Source: Akkermansia muciniphila ATCC BAA-835 (GTDB lineage Bacteria > Verrucomicrobiota > Verrucomicrobiia > Verrucomicrobiales > Akkermansiaceae). From it: a stretch of 32,000 nucleotides of DNA. Made by a program: the position numbers and the translations under genes. Shown here one piece after another: positions 12,480 to 20,557 of this stretch (the first letter of the stretch is position 1; each line of letters begins with the position of its first letter). The notes beneath the pieces were generated by a model. It was given only the letters and a program-made list of their open reading frames with translations. It had not been told where the DNA came from and ran no database searches. Where the stretch lies: positions 1,500,001-1,532,000 of the forward strand of contig NC_010655.1 in assembly GCF_000020225.1 (NCBI RefSeq), written 5' to 3'.

Positions 12480-12544
12480 TAAAAAAGTGAATTGAAAGGT
12501 AACTGATTGGTATTCTTGTTGTTTAGTTATTCAGGGAATTGCCG

Positions 12545-12559
12545 CGAATTCATAATCCG
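12545..12559. repeat. Right arm of the 15-bp inverted repeat
   Basis: CGAATTCATAATCCG. See the partner at 12390-12404. Confidence 0.8.
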
Positions 12560-12636
12560 TTAGGTTTGCTCCAGTGGGTGTTTGGCATTTTCTGCCAAGC
12601 TGCTCCAATTAACTACGCAATGAATATATGACGAGG

Positions 12637-12674
12637 AAAACCGGCCCTCTCCAGGTGGAGAGGGCCGGTTTTTT
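12637..12674. terminator. Strong hairpin terminator, bidirectional in form and better on the plus strand
   Basis: AAAA, then CCGGCCCTCTCC, an AGGT loop, GGAGAGGGCCGG, then TTTTTT. The stem is a perfect 12 bp. Confidence 0.75.
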
Positions 12675-12687
12675 GAGGAAATTCTGT

Positions 12688-12709
12688 AAGGGAGTTCCTT
12701 TCCCTTTTT
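12688..12709 (+). terminator. Second, weaker plus-strand terminator-like hairpin
   Basis: AAGGGA, a 7-nt loop, TCCCTT, followed by TTTG. Confidence 0.35.
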
Positions 12710-12750
12710 GAGGCTTGCGCCGGCAGAATATTTTTTCCTGCGCCTTTCCA

Positions 12751-12783
12751 TGAAAAAGTGCGGCCGCGGGGGCGGACGCACTT
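12751..12783 (-). terminator. Intrinsic terminator of the rpmH-rnpA-yidD-yidC operon
   Basis: The minus strand reads AAGTGCG-T-CCGC-CCCC-GCGG-C-CGCACTT followed by TTTCA. That is 11 bp of GC-rich stem with one mismatch. It begins 29 nt after the yidC TAG. Confidence 0.7.
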
Positions 12784-12811
12784 GCGGAGACGGAAGGCAG
12801 AGCAGGGATTC

Positions 12812-14698
12812 CTACTTTTTAGGCGTTATATTGCGCATGTTGCGGCCTTTAGCTTTGCGCTGCTGTTCTTCCAGGGCCGCACGCTGCTGCTCCATCATCT
12901 TTTGGAAAAAGCCCGACTTTTTCTTTTTGGCGGGGGAAAGCACGGGCATGGGCAAGCGGCGGATAAGGGCCGTTTGTCCTATGGAGATCAAATTCTGCGT
13001 GGTCCAGTACAGGGCCAGGGCGGAAGCGAAATTGTAACAGAACAGGAAGAACATCACAGGCATCAGGTTCATAATAATGCGCTGGGAGCGTTCCCCCGCC
13101 TGAGGCGTCATCCTCATCTGGATAATCATGGTTACGGCCATGATGAGAGGCAGAATATTGATTGGAACGCCGAACAGGTGGCCCACGGTATCAGGCAGGG
13201 AAAGGTCCGTCATCCACAGGCAGAAGGGCTGCCCCCTCAGTTCTGCGGAATACTGGAGCACACGGTAAAAGGCAAAGAAAATGGGAATCTGGATAAGCAT
13301 GGGGACGCAGCCGCTGGCCGGGTTGATGCCGTATTTCTGGTACAGCTTCATCATTTCCATGTTCACCTTCTGAGGGTCGTCCGGATATTTCTCCTTGAGT
13401 TTGACCATCTCCGGCTGAACCAGGGACATGCGTTTCATGGCCATATAGGATTTTTTGTGCAGCGGCCAGATGAGAGCACGGACAACGATGGTCATGCAGA
13501 TGATGGCCACGCCCCAGTTGCCGAACCATCCGTGGAAGAGGTTGAGCAGCCAGTTCATCGGAACGCTCAGAAATACGAGCCAGCCGTATGCCATGATATC
13601 GCTGATGGCGGGATAGGAAAGATTCAGGTCACGCAGGTAGGCGTTGAATTTGGGGCCGGTGTAAATATCGTAGGTGAGCGTCTTGATTTCATTGGGGGCC
13701 ATGGTCAGATTGGGGATTCCCATGGCCACGGTGACGCCGGGCACCAGGGTGTTGCCTTCATGCGTCAAAGGAAATTCCTGGCGGGTGGCGTACACGGTGG
13801 ACCCCCTGGACTGGTCCTGGGGAAGAAGGATGGTGGCGTAATACTGGCTCATGACGCCGGCATAAGTCAGGTCCTGGAGAGGGCCTTCCAGGACGCGGGC
13901 CTTGGCACTGCTGAAAAAGCCGCCTGTGAAATAGGAAGGCACTTCCTGTTCCAGGGAGCCGTCTGCATGGTAAAAGAAATGGGTGTAGGTATCTTTTGGT
14001 TCGCTTTTGGCGATAGGATAGGCGCTCCCGCCGAAGATGCCCATGTAGCGCAGATCCTGGACATTGGGAGATTTATTGAGCAGGGAGACGGTCAGGCGAA
14101 TGAGATATTTGCTGCCGGGCAATACTTCCCCTTCCAGATTTTTGACGGGGTGCAGGGTGTACGTTTTTGAGATGAAAAGCTGCCGTGCGGGGTCATAGCC
14201 TTCCAGGGTTACGGAGTCCGCCGTGCGTTTCGCTTCCTTATACACGGTGTTGTCATAGGAAGGATCCTGGGTGGCGTCCATGTTGAAAACGAGTTCTCCG
14301 ATGCCCCGTTGCTGGGCTTCGTTAATCGTGATATTATGGTCCGCGACTTTTTGGGAGTCCACAATATCGTTGTGCAGGGTAACCGTACCGATGGAACCCC
14401 CTATGCGGTTGAACGTGTAAGTGATGAAGGGTTCCTGCCTCCCGTTCACTTCCTGCGTGGCTACCAGAGTGATCGGGGCGGTTTTGTCTTCTTCAAGGGC
14501 TTTGTTGACGGAGGCCTGTTCCGGGGCGGAGGTTCCGGCTCCGGGGCGGACGCCGGCAACCGGGGCATTGGCTGCGGCGGCAGCCGCCTGCGGTGCGGGA
14601 ATGGGGGCGGTTTCAGCCTTTTTATTGTTGCCCATGTAAATATTCAGGCCCAGAAGGGCGGCGCAGATGCCTATGATGATCCATGCTGTGCGATCCAT
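12812..14698 (-). CDS. yidC: Membrane protein insertase YidC
   Basis: 628-aa ORF. It has an N-terminal transmembrane segment, a large periplasmic domain and the conserved C-terminal core WPLHKKSYMAMKRMSLVQPEM...GCVPMLIQIPIFFAFY. Its position downstream of yidD and rnpA is the classic arrangement. Confidence 0.95.
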   Translation of the reverse strand: MDRTAWIIIGICAALLGLNIYMGNNKKAETAPIPAPQAAAAAANAPVAGVRPGAGTSAPEQASVNKALEEDKTAPITLVATQEVNGRQEPFITYTFNRIGGSIGTVTLHNDIVDSQKVADHNITINEAQQRGIGELVFNMDATQDPSYDNTVYKEAKRTADSVTLEGYDPARQLFISKTYTLHPVKNLEGEVLPGSKYLIRLTVSLLNKSPNVQDLRYMGIFGGSAYPIAKSEPKDTYTHFFYHADGSLEQEVPSYFTGGFFSSAKARVLEGPLQDLTYAGVMSQYYATILLPQDQSRGSTVYATRQEFPLTHEGNTLVPGVTVAMGIPNLTMAPNEIKTLTYDIYTGPKFNAYLRDLNLSYPAISDIMAYGWLVFLSVPMNWLLNLFHGWFGNWGVAIICMTIVVRALIWPLHKKSYMAMKRMSLVQPEMVKLKEKYPDDPQKVNMEMMKLYQKYGINPASGCVPMLIQIPIFFAFYRVLQYSAELRGQPFCLWMTDLSLPDTVGHLFGVPINILPLIMAVTMIIQMRMTPQAGERSQRIIMNLMPVMFFLFCYNFASALALYWTTQNLISIGQTALIRRLPMPVLSPAKKKKSGFFQKMMEQQRAALEEQQRKAKGRNMRNITPKK

Positions 14699-14754
14699 AA
14701 TGTGATATAGCTTGATTGGAGTTGGTGAAAGGAAAGGGAAAGAAAGGTAATTGT

Positions 14755-15003
14755 TCAGCGTGGGTGGCGCGCCGGGGGCACGGGATCATAACCTGATCCG
14801 CCCCACGGGTTGCATCTTAAAATACGCCATGTGCCAAGAAGAAAGCCGCGCCAGGCTCCGTGGATGTGAACGGCCTGGATGAAGTACTGGGAACAAGTGG
14901 GTGTATAGCGGCAGCCGCTCCCGGGCCCTCCCAGGGCATGCAGGGGAGCGCTGATGAAGGTTTGGTATCCCTTCACAAGGGTGATGAGCAGCCATTTCAT
15001 CAT
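14755..15003 (-). CDS. yidD: Membrane protein insertion efficiency factor YidD
   Basis: 82 aa with the YidD signature [10 protein letters not shown]...CNPW. Its ATG overlaps the rnpA TGA (ATGA). Confidence 0.9.
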   Translation of the reverse strand: MMKWLLITLVKGYQTFISAPLHALGGPGSGCRYTPTCSQYFIQAVHIHGAWRGFLLGTWRILRCNPWGGSGYDPVPPARHPR

Positions 15004-15371
15004 GTCTTGTCTTGTTCCCGGGAAAGAAGTTGCAATTTAAGTTTTCGGGCGGCTTTCCGCCAGTCCCGTTCCAGGTCGGCGTAGCTGGCTTCCACGGCCC
15101 TCCAGCGGAGGACGCACACCAGGTGTACGCCGTTTTCAAAAGGAGCCCCGTGCGCCCTCAGTATTTCCCTCACGCGTCTCCGCAGTTTGTTGCGGACAAC
15201 GGCACAGCCGATTTTTTTCGTACAGATGATACCGAATTTGGAGGGTTCCTCCGGATGTTCCAAAGGGGCTGCGCTTAAAACAATAAGCCGACCTGCTACG
15301 GATGGCCCCTCGTTGCGTACCCGGGCAAATTGGAATGCCCTGGTCATGCTTTGTTGACGAGTAAGACGCAT
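15000..15371 (-). CDS. rnpA: Ribonuclease P protein component
   Basis: I take the ATG at 15371 as the start ([15 protein letters not shown]...). The track ORF extends to 15563 but would overlap rpmH. It carries the RNR-type motif [18 protein letters not shown] and lies between rpmH and yidD. Confidence 0.85.
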   Translation of the reverse strand: MRLTRQQSMTRAFQFARVRNEGPSVAGRLIVLSAAPLEHPEEPSKFGIICTKKIGCAVVRNKLRRRVREILRAHGAPFENGVHLVCVLRWRAVEASYADLERDWRKAARKLKLQLLSREQDKT

Positions 15372-15435
15372 CTCCCGCGGGTCGGCCCGTGAAAAGAAGT
15401 TCCAAGGAGGCGTTAACCGGATCCTGGCGGCTGGA

Positions 15436-15621
15436 TTAACGGCCGTGCTGGATGGTGTGGCGCTTGTACTGGATTTCGGCTCCCTTGGGAAGCAGGCGCT
15501 TGCGGCCTTTAGCGCGGCGGCGGCGGATGATGTCCGCTCCGTTCTTGGTGGCCATGCGTGCACGGAATCCGAACTGACGCTTGCGGCAACGCTTGGATGG
15601 TTGATAAGTCCTCTTGCTCAT
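15436..15621 (-). CDS. rpmH: 50S ribosomal protein L34, with a ~15-17-aa C-terminal extension
   Basis: [43 protein letters not shown] matches the L34 core. The ORF then continues [18 protein letters not shown] before the stop. Confidence 0.92.
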   Translation of the reverse strand: MSKRTYQPSKRCRKRQFGFRARMATKNGADIIRRRRAKGRKRLLPKGAEIQYKRHTIQHGR

Positions 15622-15831
15622 GATGTTGAAAGATGCTTCTTGTGAATTACTAGATTCAGTGCCGTCCGTCTAAGCGGCCTATGCACAACCGGACGGAAAG
15701 GATAACTATTTTGATTGTTTTGTCAATCCGTCAGGCGATTAATTTGCCGTTTTTCTTGCGGAAAGCACTGGGATAAGTAGTCTTTATGATTGATAGACAG
15801 TGTTTTTCTATTTCAGAAAAGCCCGCCTGCT

Positions 15832-17943
15832 TTACAGAAAGAGCAGTTCCGCGTATGTGGGGACGGGCCACAGGTCTGCGTCCGTCAGGCTTTCCAGCAT
15901 ATCAATGGTGCTTCTCAAATTGTCCATGCCCGTCTGGATGGCCCTGGTATCGGCTTCATCCACGGCGCGGCGCAGTTCCCGCACCTGTCCGGGGAGAATA
16001 TCCAGCAGCGTGCCGATTTGGTTGGCGCGATCCGTAGTAGCTTTCATTCCCGCCTTGATTCCGGATGCCTTCATCTGGGCAATGGCGGTGGTAAGCTGCG
16101 TGAGCTGTTCCGTTACGGCGGGGATGTAAAGGGTTTCCACCATCAGGAGGGCCGTTTCCGCTTCAATGTTGATTTCCTTGTGGAATATTTCCGTCTGGAT
16201 TTCATGGCGGGCGTGGAGTTCTACGGGGCTGACCACTTTGTACTTTTCAAAAAGCGCCTTGGCCTTGGGCGTTTCCAGAGCGGCCAGGGCTTCAATGGTG
16301 CCGGGGATGTTGGGGAGATTGCGGCGTTCCGCTTCCTCTACCCAGGCTTCTCCGTAACCGTCCCCGCTGAATAGAATGCGCTTATGCTTCTTGATGATGT
16401 TTTGAAGGAGCTTGTTGAGGGTGGCGTGGAACTCCTCGGGCTTGTCCTTGACAGGTTCCAGGATGGTGCAGATTTCATCCAGGCTTTCCGCCACAATGGT
16501 ATTGAGCACCGTCATGGGCCATGCACAGGTTTGGGAGGAACCTACGGCGCGGAATTCGAATTTATTGCCTGTGAAGGCAAAGGGGCTGGTGCGGTTCCGG
16601 TCGGAGGCGTCCAGAGGGAACATGGGCAGGGTGTCCACGCCGATGTTGATGGTCTTTTGGGTGCGCGCTTTTTTAGTGCCTCCTTTCTCGATTTGCTCAA
16701 TGATTTCATCCAGCAGATCTCCCAGGAAGATGGAAATGATGGCCGGGGGGGCTTCATGGGCACCCAGGCGGTGTTCATTGCCGGATTTGGCGACGGAGGC
16801 GCGCAGCAGATCCGCATGTTCGTCCACGGCCTTGATGGTGGCGCAGAGCAGAGTGAGGAAGATGGCGTTTTCCTGCGGGCTGGAACCGGGATTGAGCAGG
16901 CTGCCGTAACCGGGGGCGGAGAGGGACCAGTTGTTGTGCTTGCCGGAGCCGTTCATGCCGGAGAAGGGCTTTTCATGCAGCAGGCAGACCATGTCATGCT
17001 TGTTGGCGGTTTTCCGGAGCACCTCCATGACCAGCATATTATGGTCCACGGCCAGGTTCTGGCTTTCAAAAATGGGCGCGATCTCAAACTGGCCGGGAGC
17101 GACTTCATTGTGGCGCGTTTTGGCCGGGATGCCGAGTTTCCAGAGGGCTTCGTCCACGTCCACCATGAATTCCAGCACGCGGTCCTTGATGGAGCCGAAG
17201 TAGTGGTCTTCCATCTGCTGGTGTTTGGGGGGCACATTGCCGAAAAGGGTGCGTCCGCACATCATCAGGTCCGGGCGCAGGGCATAAAGCTGCTTGTCCA
17301 CCAGGAAGTATTCCTGTTCCGCCCCCAGATCGGCGCTGACATGAATGTTGTCCGGACCGCCAAAGCAGGACAACAGCCGCTTGGCCTGCCGGGTGACGGC
17401 AGTCATGGATCTCAGGAGAGGCGTCTTTTTGTCCAGCGCCTGTCCCTTGTAAGAGCAGAAAGCGGTTGGGATGCAAAGCGTGGCGCCGTTTTCCGTCCGT
17501 TTGATGAAGGCGGGGCTGGTGGGGTCCCATGCGGTGTAGCCGCGTGCTTCAAAGGTGGCGCGGAGACCGCCGGAAGGGAAGCTGGAGGCGTCCGGCTCGC
17601 CCTGCACCAGGCTCTTGCCGGAAAATTTGAGTTCCAGATTTCCCTCCGGATCCACGTCCACAAAGGAGTCGTGCTTTTCCGCCGTGCTCCCATTGAGAGG
17701 CTGGAACCAGTGCGTGTAGTGGCTGGCTCCCTTTTCCAGAGCCCACGTCATCATGGCCTGAGCCACTTCATTGGCGATGTCGGGGTCCAGTTTTTCGTCC
17801 TTGCGGATGGTAGCCAGCAGTTTTTTGTAAACGGGGCGGGGCAGGTAATTGCGCATGGTCTCCATGTTGAAGACATCCTGACCGTAAATTTCCGCAATAA
17901 AGGTTGCGGCGTTGCCAACATCGGAAGGTGGGTTTGTATGCAT
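15832..17943 (-). CDS. glnN: Glutamine synthetase, type III (copy 2, paralogue)
   Basis: It has the same conserved blocks as copy 1 (SHYTHWFQP, EPDASSFPSGGLR, TRHNEVAPGQFE, GSGKHNNWS). I take the ATG at 17943 as the start (MHTNPPSDVG...). The track start at 17982 is a TTG 13 codons upstream. Confidence 0.92.
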   Translation of the reverse strand: MHTNPPSDVGNAATFIAEIYGQDVFNMETMRNYLPRPVYKKLLATIRKDEKLDPDIANEVAQAMMTWALEKGASHYTHWFQPLNGSTAEKHDSFVDVDPEGNLELKFSGKSLVQGEPDASSFPSGGLRATFEARGYTAWDPTSPAFIKRTENGATLCIPTAFCSYKGQALDKKTPLLRSMTAVTRQAKRLLSCFGGPDNIHVSADLGAEQEYFLVDKQLYALRPDLMMCGRTLFGNVPPKHQQMEDHYFGSIKDRVLEFMVDVDEALWKLGIPAKTRHNEVAPGQFEIAPIFESQNLAVDHNMLVMEVLRKTANKHDMVCLLHEKPFSGMNGSGKHNNWSLSAPGYGSLLNPGSSPQENAIFLTLLCATIKAVDEHADLLRASVAKSGNEHRLGAHEAPPAIISIFLGDLLDEIIEQIEKGGTKKARTQKTINIGVDTLPMFPLDASDRNRTSPFAFTGNKFEFRAVGSSQTCAWPMTVLNTIVAESLDEICTILEPVKDKPEEFHATLNKLLQNIIKKHKRILFSGDGYGEAWVEEAERRNLPNIPGTIEALAALETPKAKALFEKYKVVSPVELHARHEIQTEIFHKEINIEAETALLMVETLYIPAVTEQLTQLTTAIAQMKASGIKAGMKATTDRANQIGTLLDILPGQVRELRRAVDEADTRAIQTGMDNLRSTIDMLESLTDADLWPVPTYAELLFL
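17507..17544. repeat. 38-nt block identical to 6711-6748
   Basis: Same 38-mer, same orientation, in the paralogous glutamine synthetase gene. Confidence 0.9.
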
Positions 17944-17966
17944 CTTGATAGGGAACGCGCCAAAAG

Positions 17967-17981
17967 GCTCGGAACATACCA
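17967..17981 (-). promoter_or_regulatory. Weak sigma-54-like element upstream of glutamine synthetase copy 2
   Basis: The minus strand reads TGGTATG-TTCC-GAGC. The GG-N10-GC spacing is correct and the -24 half fits TGGYAY, but the -12 half is GAGC rather than TTGC. Its distance to the ATG (~24 nt) mirrors copy 1. Confidence 0.3.
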
Positions 17982-18211
17982 AACCTTAAAAGAGACTTTT
18001 TGGCAAGCCGAATCCTGCCCTATTTCTTCAGGAAAAGGACTTCTTCCGCCCCCATCCGTTTTCGGGAAGAAGCGTAAACGGTTTTCCGGTTTCTATGGTT
18101 CTCCGGCGGCAATGGCGAAATTGGGGAAGGAGGGAAACGCTTTAAAGGAAGGGATGGACCGTGATTGTCGGGAAGAGGGCCGGACGGGAGTTGGTGAAGC
18201 GCCGGGTTTTT

Positions 18212-18225
18212 TGTTTCATGAAACA
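18212..18225. promoter_or_regulatory. Perfect 14-bp palindrome in the divergent intergenic region; candidate operator
   Basis: TGTTTCATGAAACA lies between glutamine synthetase copy 2 (minus) and the esterase gene (plus), about 92 nt upstream of the esterase ATG. Confidence 0.3.
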
Positions 18226-18316
18226 GCGCGGGTGCCTGCCGATCGGTATTTTCCCGTATCTTGCAAGAAATTTATTTCGTTTTCAGTAGTAATAAGTACA
18301 ACCATATTATTGTGAA

Positions 18317-20530
18317 ATGCGTTTTCTGTTAATAGCAAGATGTTTATTGTTGATGATGCTGTGTTGTGCGGGAGCGGGGATGCGGCTTCATGCCCAGCCT
18401 TTGAATAAGGGCCGGATTGCCATTCTGGGTGATAGTATTGCTTACGCGGGCCATTGGGCCAATGAAGTGGAAAACACCTTGAGGGATGATAAAAAATTTG
18501 CAGCCTGCGAGATTGTCAACTTTGCCGTTCCCAGCGAGACGGTAGCCGGGTTGAGCGAATATGGCCATGCGGGCGGCAGATTCCCCCGTCCATGCCTGCA
18601 TGAGCGCCTCAGCCGGATTCTCAAGATGTACCAGCCTCAATTGATTCTGGCCTGCTACGGGATGAATGACGGCCTCATGCAGGCGTTTGACAAAGCGCGT
18701 TTTCAAGCGTACCAGGAAGGGAATATCCGCCTTAAAAAGGCTGCCGATGCGGTAAAAGCGGAGATTGTCTTCATTACTCCTCCATTGTTCCGGGGGGATT
18801 CCGCTGAACAGGCTGAGTACGACGCTGTATTGGACAAGTACGCGGAATGGCTGGTTTCTAAAAGAAAAGACGGCTGGAAAGTCATAGATATCCGTCCCGG
18901 GCTTCGGAAACTCATTGCCAGAGAGAAGGCAGGGAATCCCGGTTTCAGGTATTCCGGTGACGGCGTGCACCCCGGCCCGGAAGGGCACCATATGATAGCC
19001 CGGGAAGTTCTTGCCGGGCTGGTCCCGGAAATAGGCCTTGCTCCTGAGGTTGCGGAAAAAGACCATCGGCCGACGCCGGATACGATGAAAAAACATGAGA
19101 AAGTCCGCAATGAATGGCTGGTAAAAACAGGACATGCACGGCCGGAAATTCCGGGGTATGATCCGGAAATGGCCAAGCGTCAGTTCCCTAGGACGGTTTC
19201 TGTCTGGAATGGTTTTTTACGGGAGGAGTTTGCCGTGGGCGGCCGCAGGGCATTCATCGTCTTTCCCGACAAGGCTGTTGTTTCTGGAAAAGAACAGTTG
19301 TGGATATGGCGGCCGCAATTTTTTGATTATAAGCCTATAGCAGATCTCGAACTGGTAAAGCGCGGTTATGCGGCGGTATTTATCAGCATGGAAGACCTTT
19401 ACGGTTCTCCCAAGGCCATGGATGTGATGGATCAATTTTACAGGTATCTGGTGGATGAACGCGGTTTTTCCAGAAAAACGGTGTTGTTTGGACTGAGCCG
19501 TGGAGGCCTTTATGCGCTTAACTGGGCGGAGAAGAATCCTTTGTGCGTGGCTGGCGTTTATGTGGATGCCCCCGTCTGTGATTTCAAAAGCTGGCCGGCG
19601 GGCAGGGGCAAGGGCAAAGGTTCGCCGGATGACTGGAACAAATGCCTGCGCGCCTACGGCTTTAATGAACAGCAGGCTTTGTCCTATAAGGGTAACCCCG
19701 TGGACAATATGCGCGGCATGGCTAAAGCCGGAATTCCTTTGTTGTTTATTTCCCGGACGGAAGATGACGTAGTCCCTATTGAAGAGAATACGGATGTTTT
19801 CGCTAAGCGTTACGCCGGGATGGGGGGGCCTGTAAGAGTCATCCGCCGGTCCGGAGGGCATCATCCGCACGGTTTTGACAATCCTGCCCATATCGTAGAT
19901 TTTGTTCTTTCCGTTACCGGACAGCCCGTCCCCTTGCGCGTTGCGTGCCTGGGAGACAGTAATACTTTTGGAGCAGGAGTAGCCGGAGCCAATAAGGATG
20001 TTTTGCGCTGGAGCCATCTTCTTGGTCAGGAATTGAGGGAAAAATTCAAACGGAAAGAAATAGAAGTGCTGAACTGCGGCGTTAACGGGCGTACCCTTCT
20101 GGCCAAGGGAGACCTTCCCTATATTAAAACGGGCGAGTACCGGAATGCGCTCAATTCCCATGCACAGATTGCCATTATCGCGTTAGGCACCAATGACGCC
20201 AAACCGCAGAACAGGAAATTCCTGTCCGAGTTTAAGCAGAATTATGCCGCCATCATCGCCGAACTGCGGGAAAACATGCCCGGTATTCAAATCTATTGCG
20301 CAATTCCGCTTCCCTCGTGGCAGTCTTCCAGCCAAATTGACAAGGAAACGGTGAAAAATAAAATTGTCCCTCTTGTGAAGCAGGTTGCGAAGGACAATAA
20401 TTGTAAAACCATCGACTTTTTCACCCCTTTTCAAGATAAACCGGAACTTTTTCCCGATGGCGTTCATCCCAATGCCGATGGGCAGGTGATTATGGCTGAT
20501 GCTGCGCTCAAGGAACTTCTGAAGAAGTAG
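18317..20530 (+). CDS. Secreted three-domain esterase: SGNH/GDSL hydrolase, alpha/beta hydrolase, SGNH/GDSL hydrolase
   Basis: 737 aa with a signal peptide (MRFLLIARCLLLMMLCCAGAG). Domain 1 (~aa 30-250) has ILGDSIA, YGMNDG and GDGVHPGPEGH. Domain 2 (~aa 300-540) has the nucleophile elbow GLSRGG, then EDDVVP and a late His (HHPHG). Domain 3 (~aa 545-737) has CLGDSNT, GVNG, GTNDA and DGVHPNADGQ. Confidence 0.85.
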   Translation: MRFLLIARCLLLMMLCCAGAGMRLHAQPLNKGRIAILGDSIAYAGHWANEVENTLRDDKKFAACEIVNFAVPSETVAGLSEYGHAGGRFPRPCLHERLSRILKMYQPQLILACYGMNDGLMQAFDKARFQAYQEGNIRLKKAADAVKAEIVFITPPLFRGDSAEQAEYDAVLDKYAEWLVSKRKDGWKVIDIRPGLRKLIAREKAGNPGFRYSGDGVHPGPEGHHMIAREVLAGLVPEIGLAPEVAEKDHRPTPDTMKKHEKVRNEWLVKTGHARPEIPGYDPEMAKRQFPRTVSVWNGFLREEFAVGGRRAFIVFPDKAVVSGKEQLWIWRPQFFDYKPIADLELVKRGYAAVFISMEDLYGSPKAMDVMDQFYRYLVDERGFSRKTVLFGLSRGGLYALNWAEKNPLCVAGVYVDAPVCDFKSWPAGRGKGKGSPDDWNKCLRAYGFNEQQALSYKGNPVDNMRGMAKAGIPLLFISRTEDDVVPIEENTDVFAKRYAGMGGPVRVIRRSGGHHPHGFDNPAHIVDFVLSVTGQPVPLRVACLGDSNTFGAGVAGANKDVLRWSHLLGQELREKFKRKEIEVLNCGVNGRTLLAKGDLPYIKTGEYRNALNSHAQIAIIALGTNDAKPQNRKFLSEFKQNYAAIIAELRENMPGIQIYCAIPLPSWQSSSQIDKETVKNKIVPLVKQVAKDNNCKTIDFFTPFQDKPELFPDGVHPNADGQVIMADAALKELLKK

Positions 20531-20557
20531 TTTTTTAATTTAATCAATACGGAATAA

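Noticed and set aside
12583-12598. TTGGCATTTTCTGCCAA, which looks like a sigma-54 -24 box.
   Set aside because: There is no GC at the -12 position with the correct spacing. It is simply a 6-bp hairpin (TTGGCA / TGCCAA).
12560-12781. 73-aa minus-strand ORF in the gltB/yidC gap, and the 127-aa ORF at 12092-12475 on the minus strand.
   Set aside because: They read straight through strong terminator hairpins (12641-12668 and 12059-12084) and have no ribosome-binding site. Their translations are low-complexity and rich in Pro, Ser and Arg.
15372-15563. N-terminal extensions in the supplied ORF track: rnpA to 15563, glutamine synthetase copy 2 to a TTG at 17982, the PEP-CTERM protein to 27600, sdaA to 30302 and trxB to 31161.
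   Set aside because: The extensions overlap upstream genes or terminators, add non-conserved sequence ahead of canonical N-termini or signal peptides, or begin at non-ATG codons. Internal ATGs give products of the expected length.
18157-18315. A short plus-strand ORF (MDRDCREEG...) following a GAAGGAGGG tract upstream of the esterase gene.
   Set aside because: The purine tract is about 25 nt from the ATG, which is too far. The ORF is the tail of the long antisense shadow ORF, and its product shows no features of a real protein.
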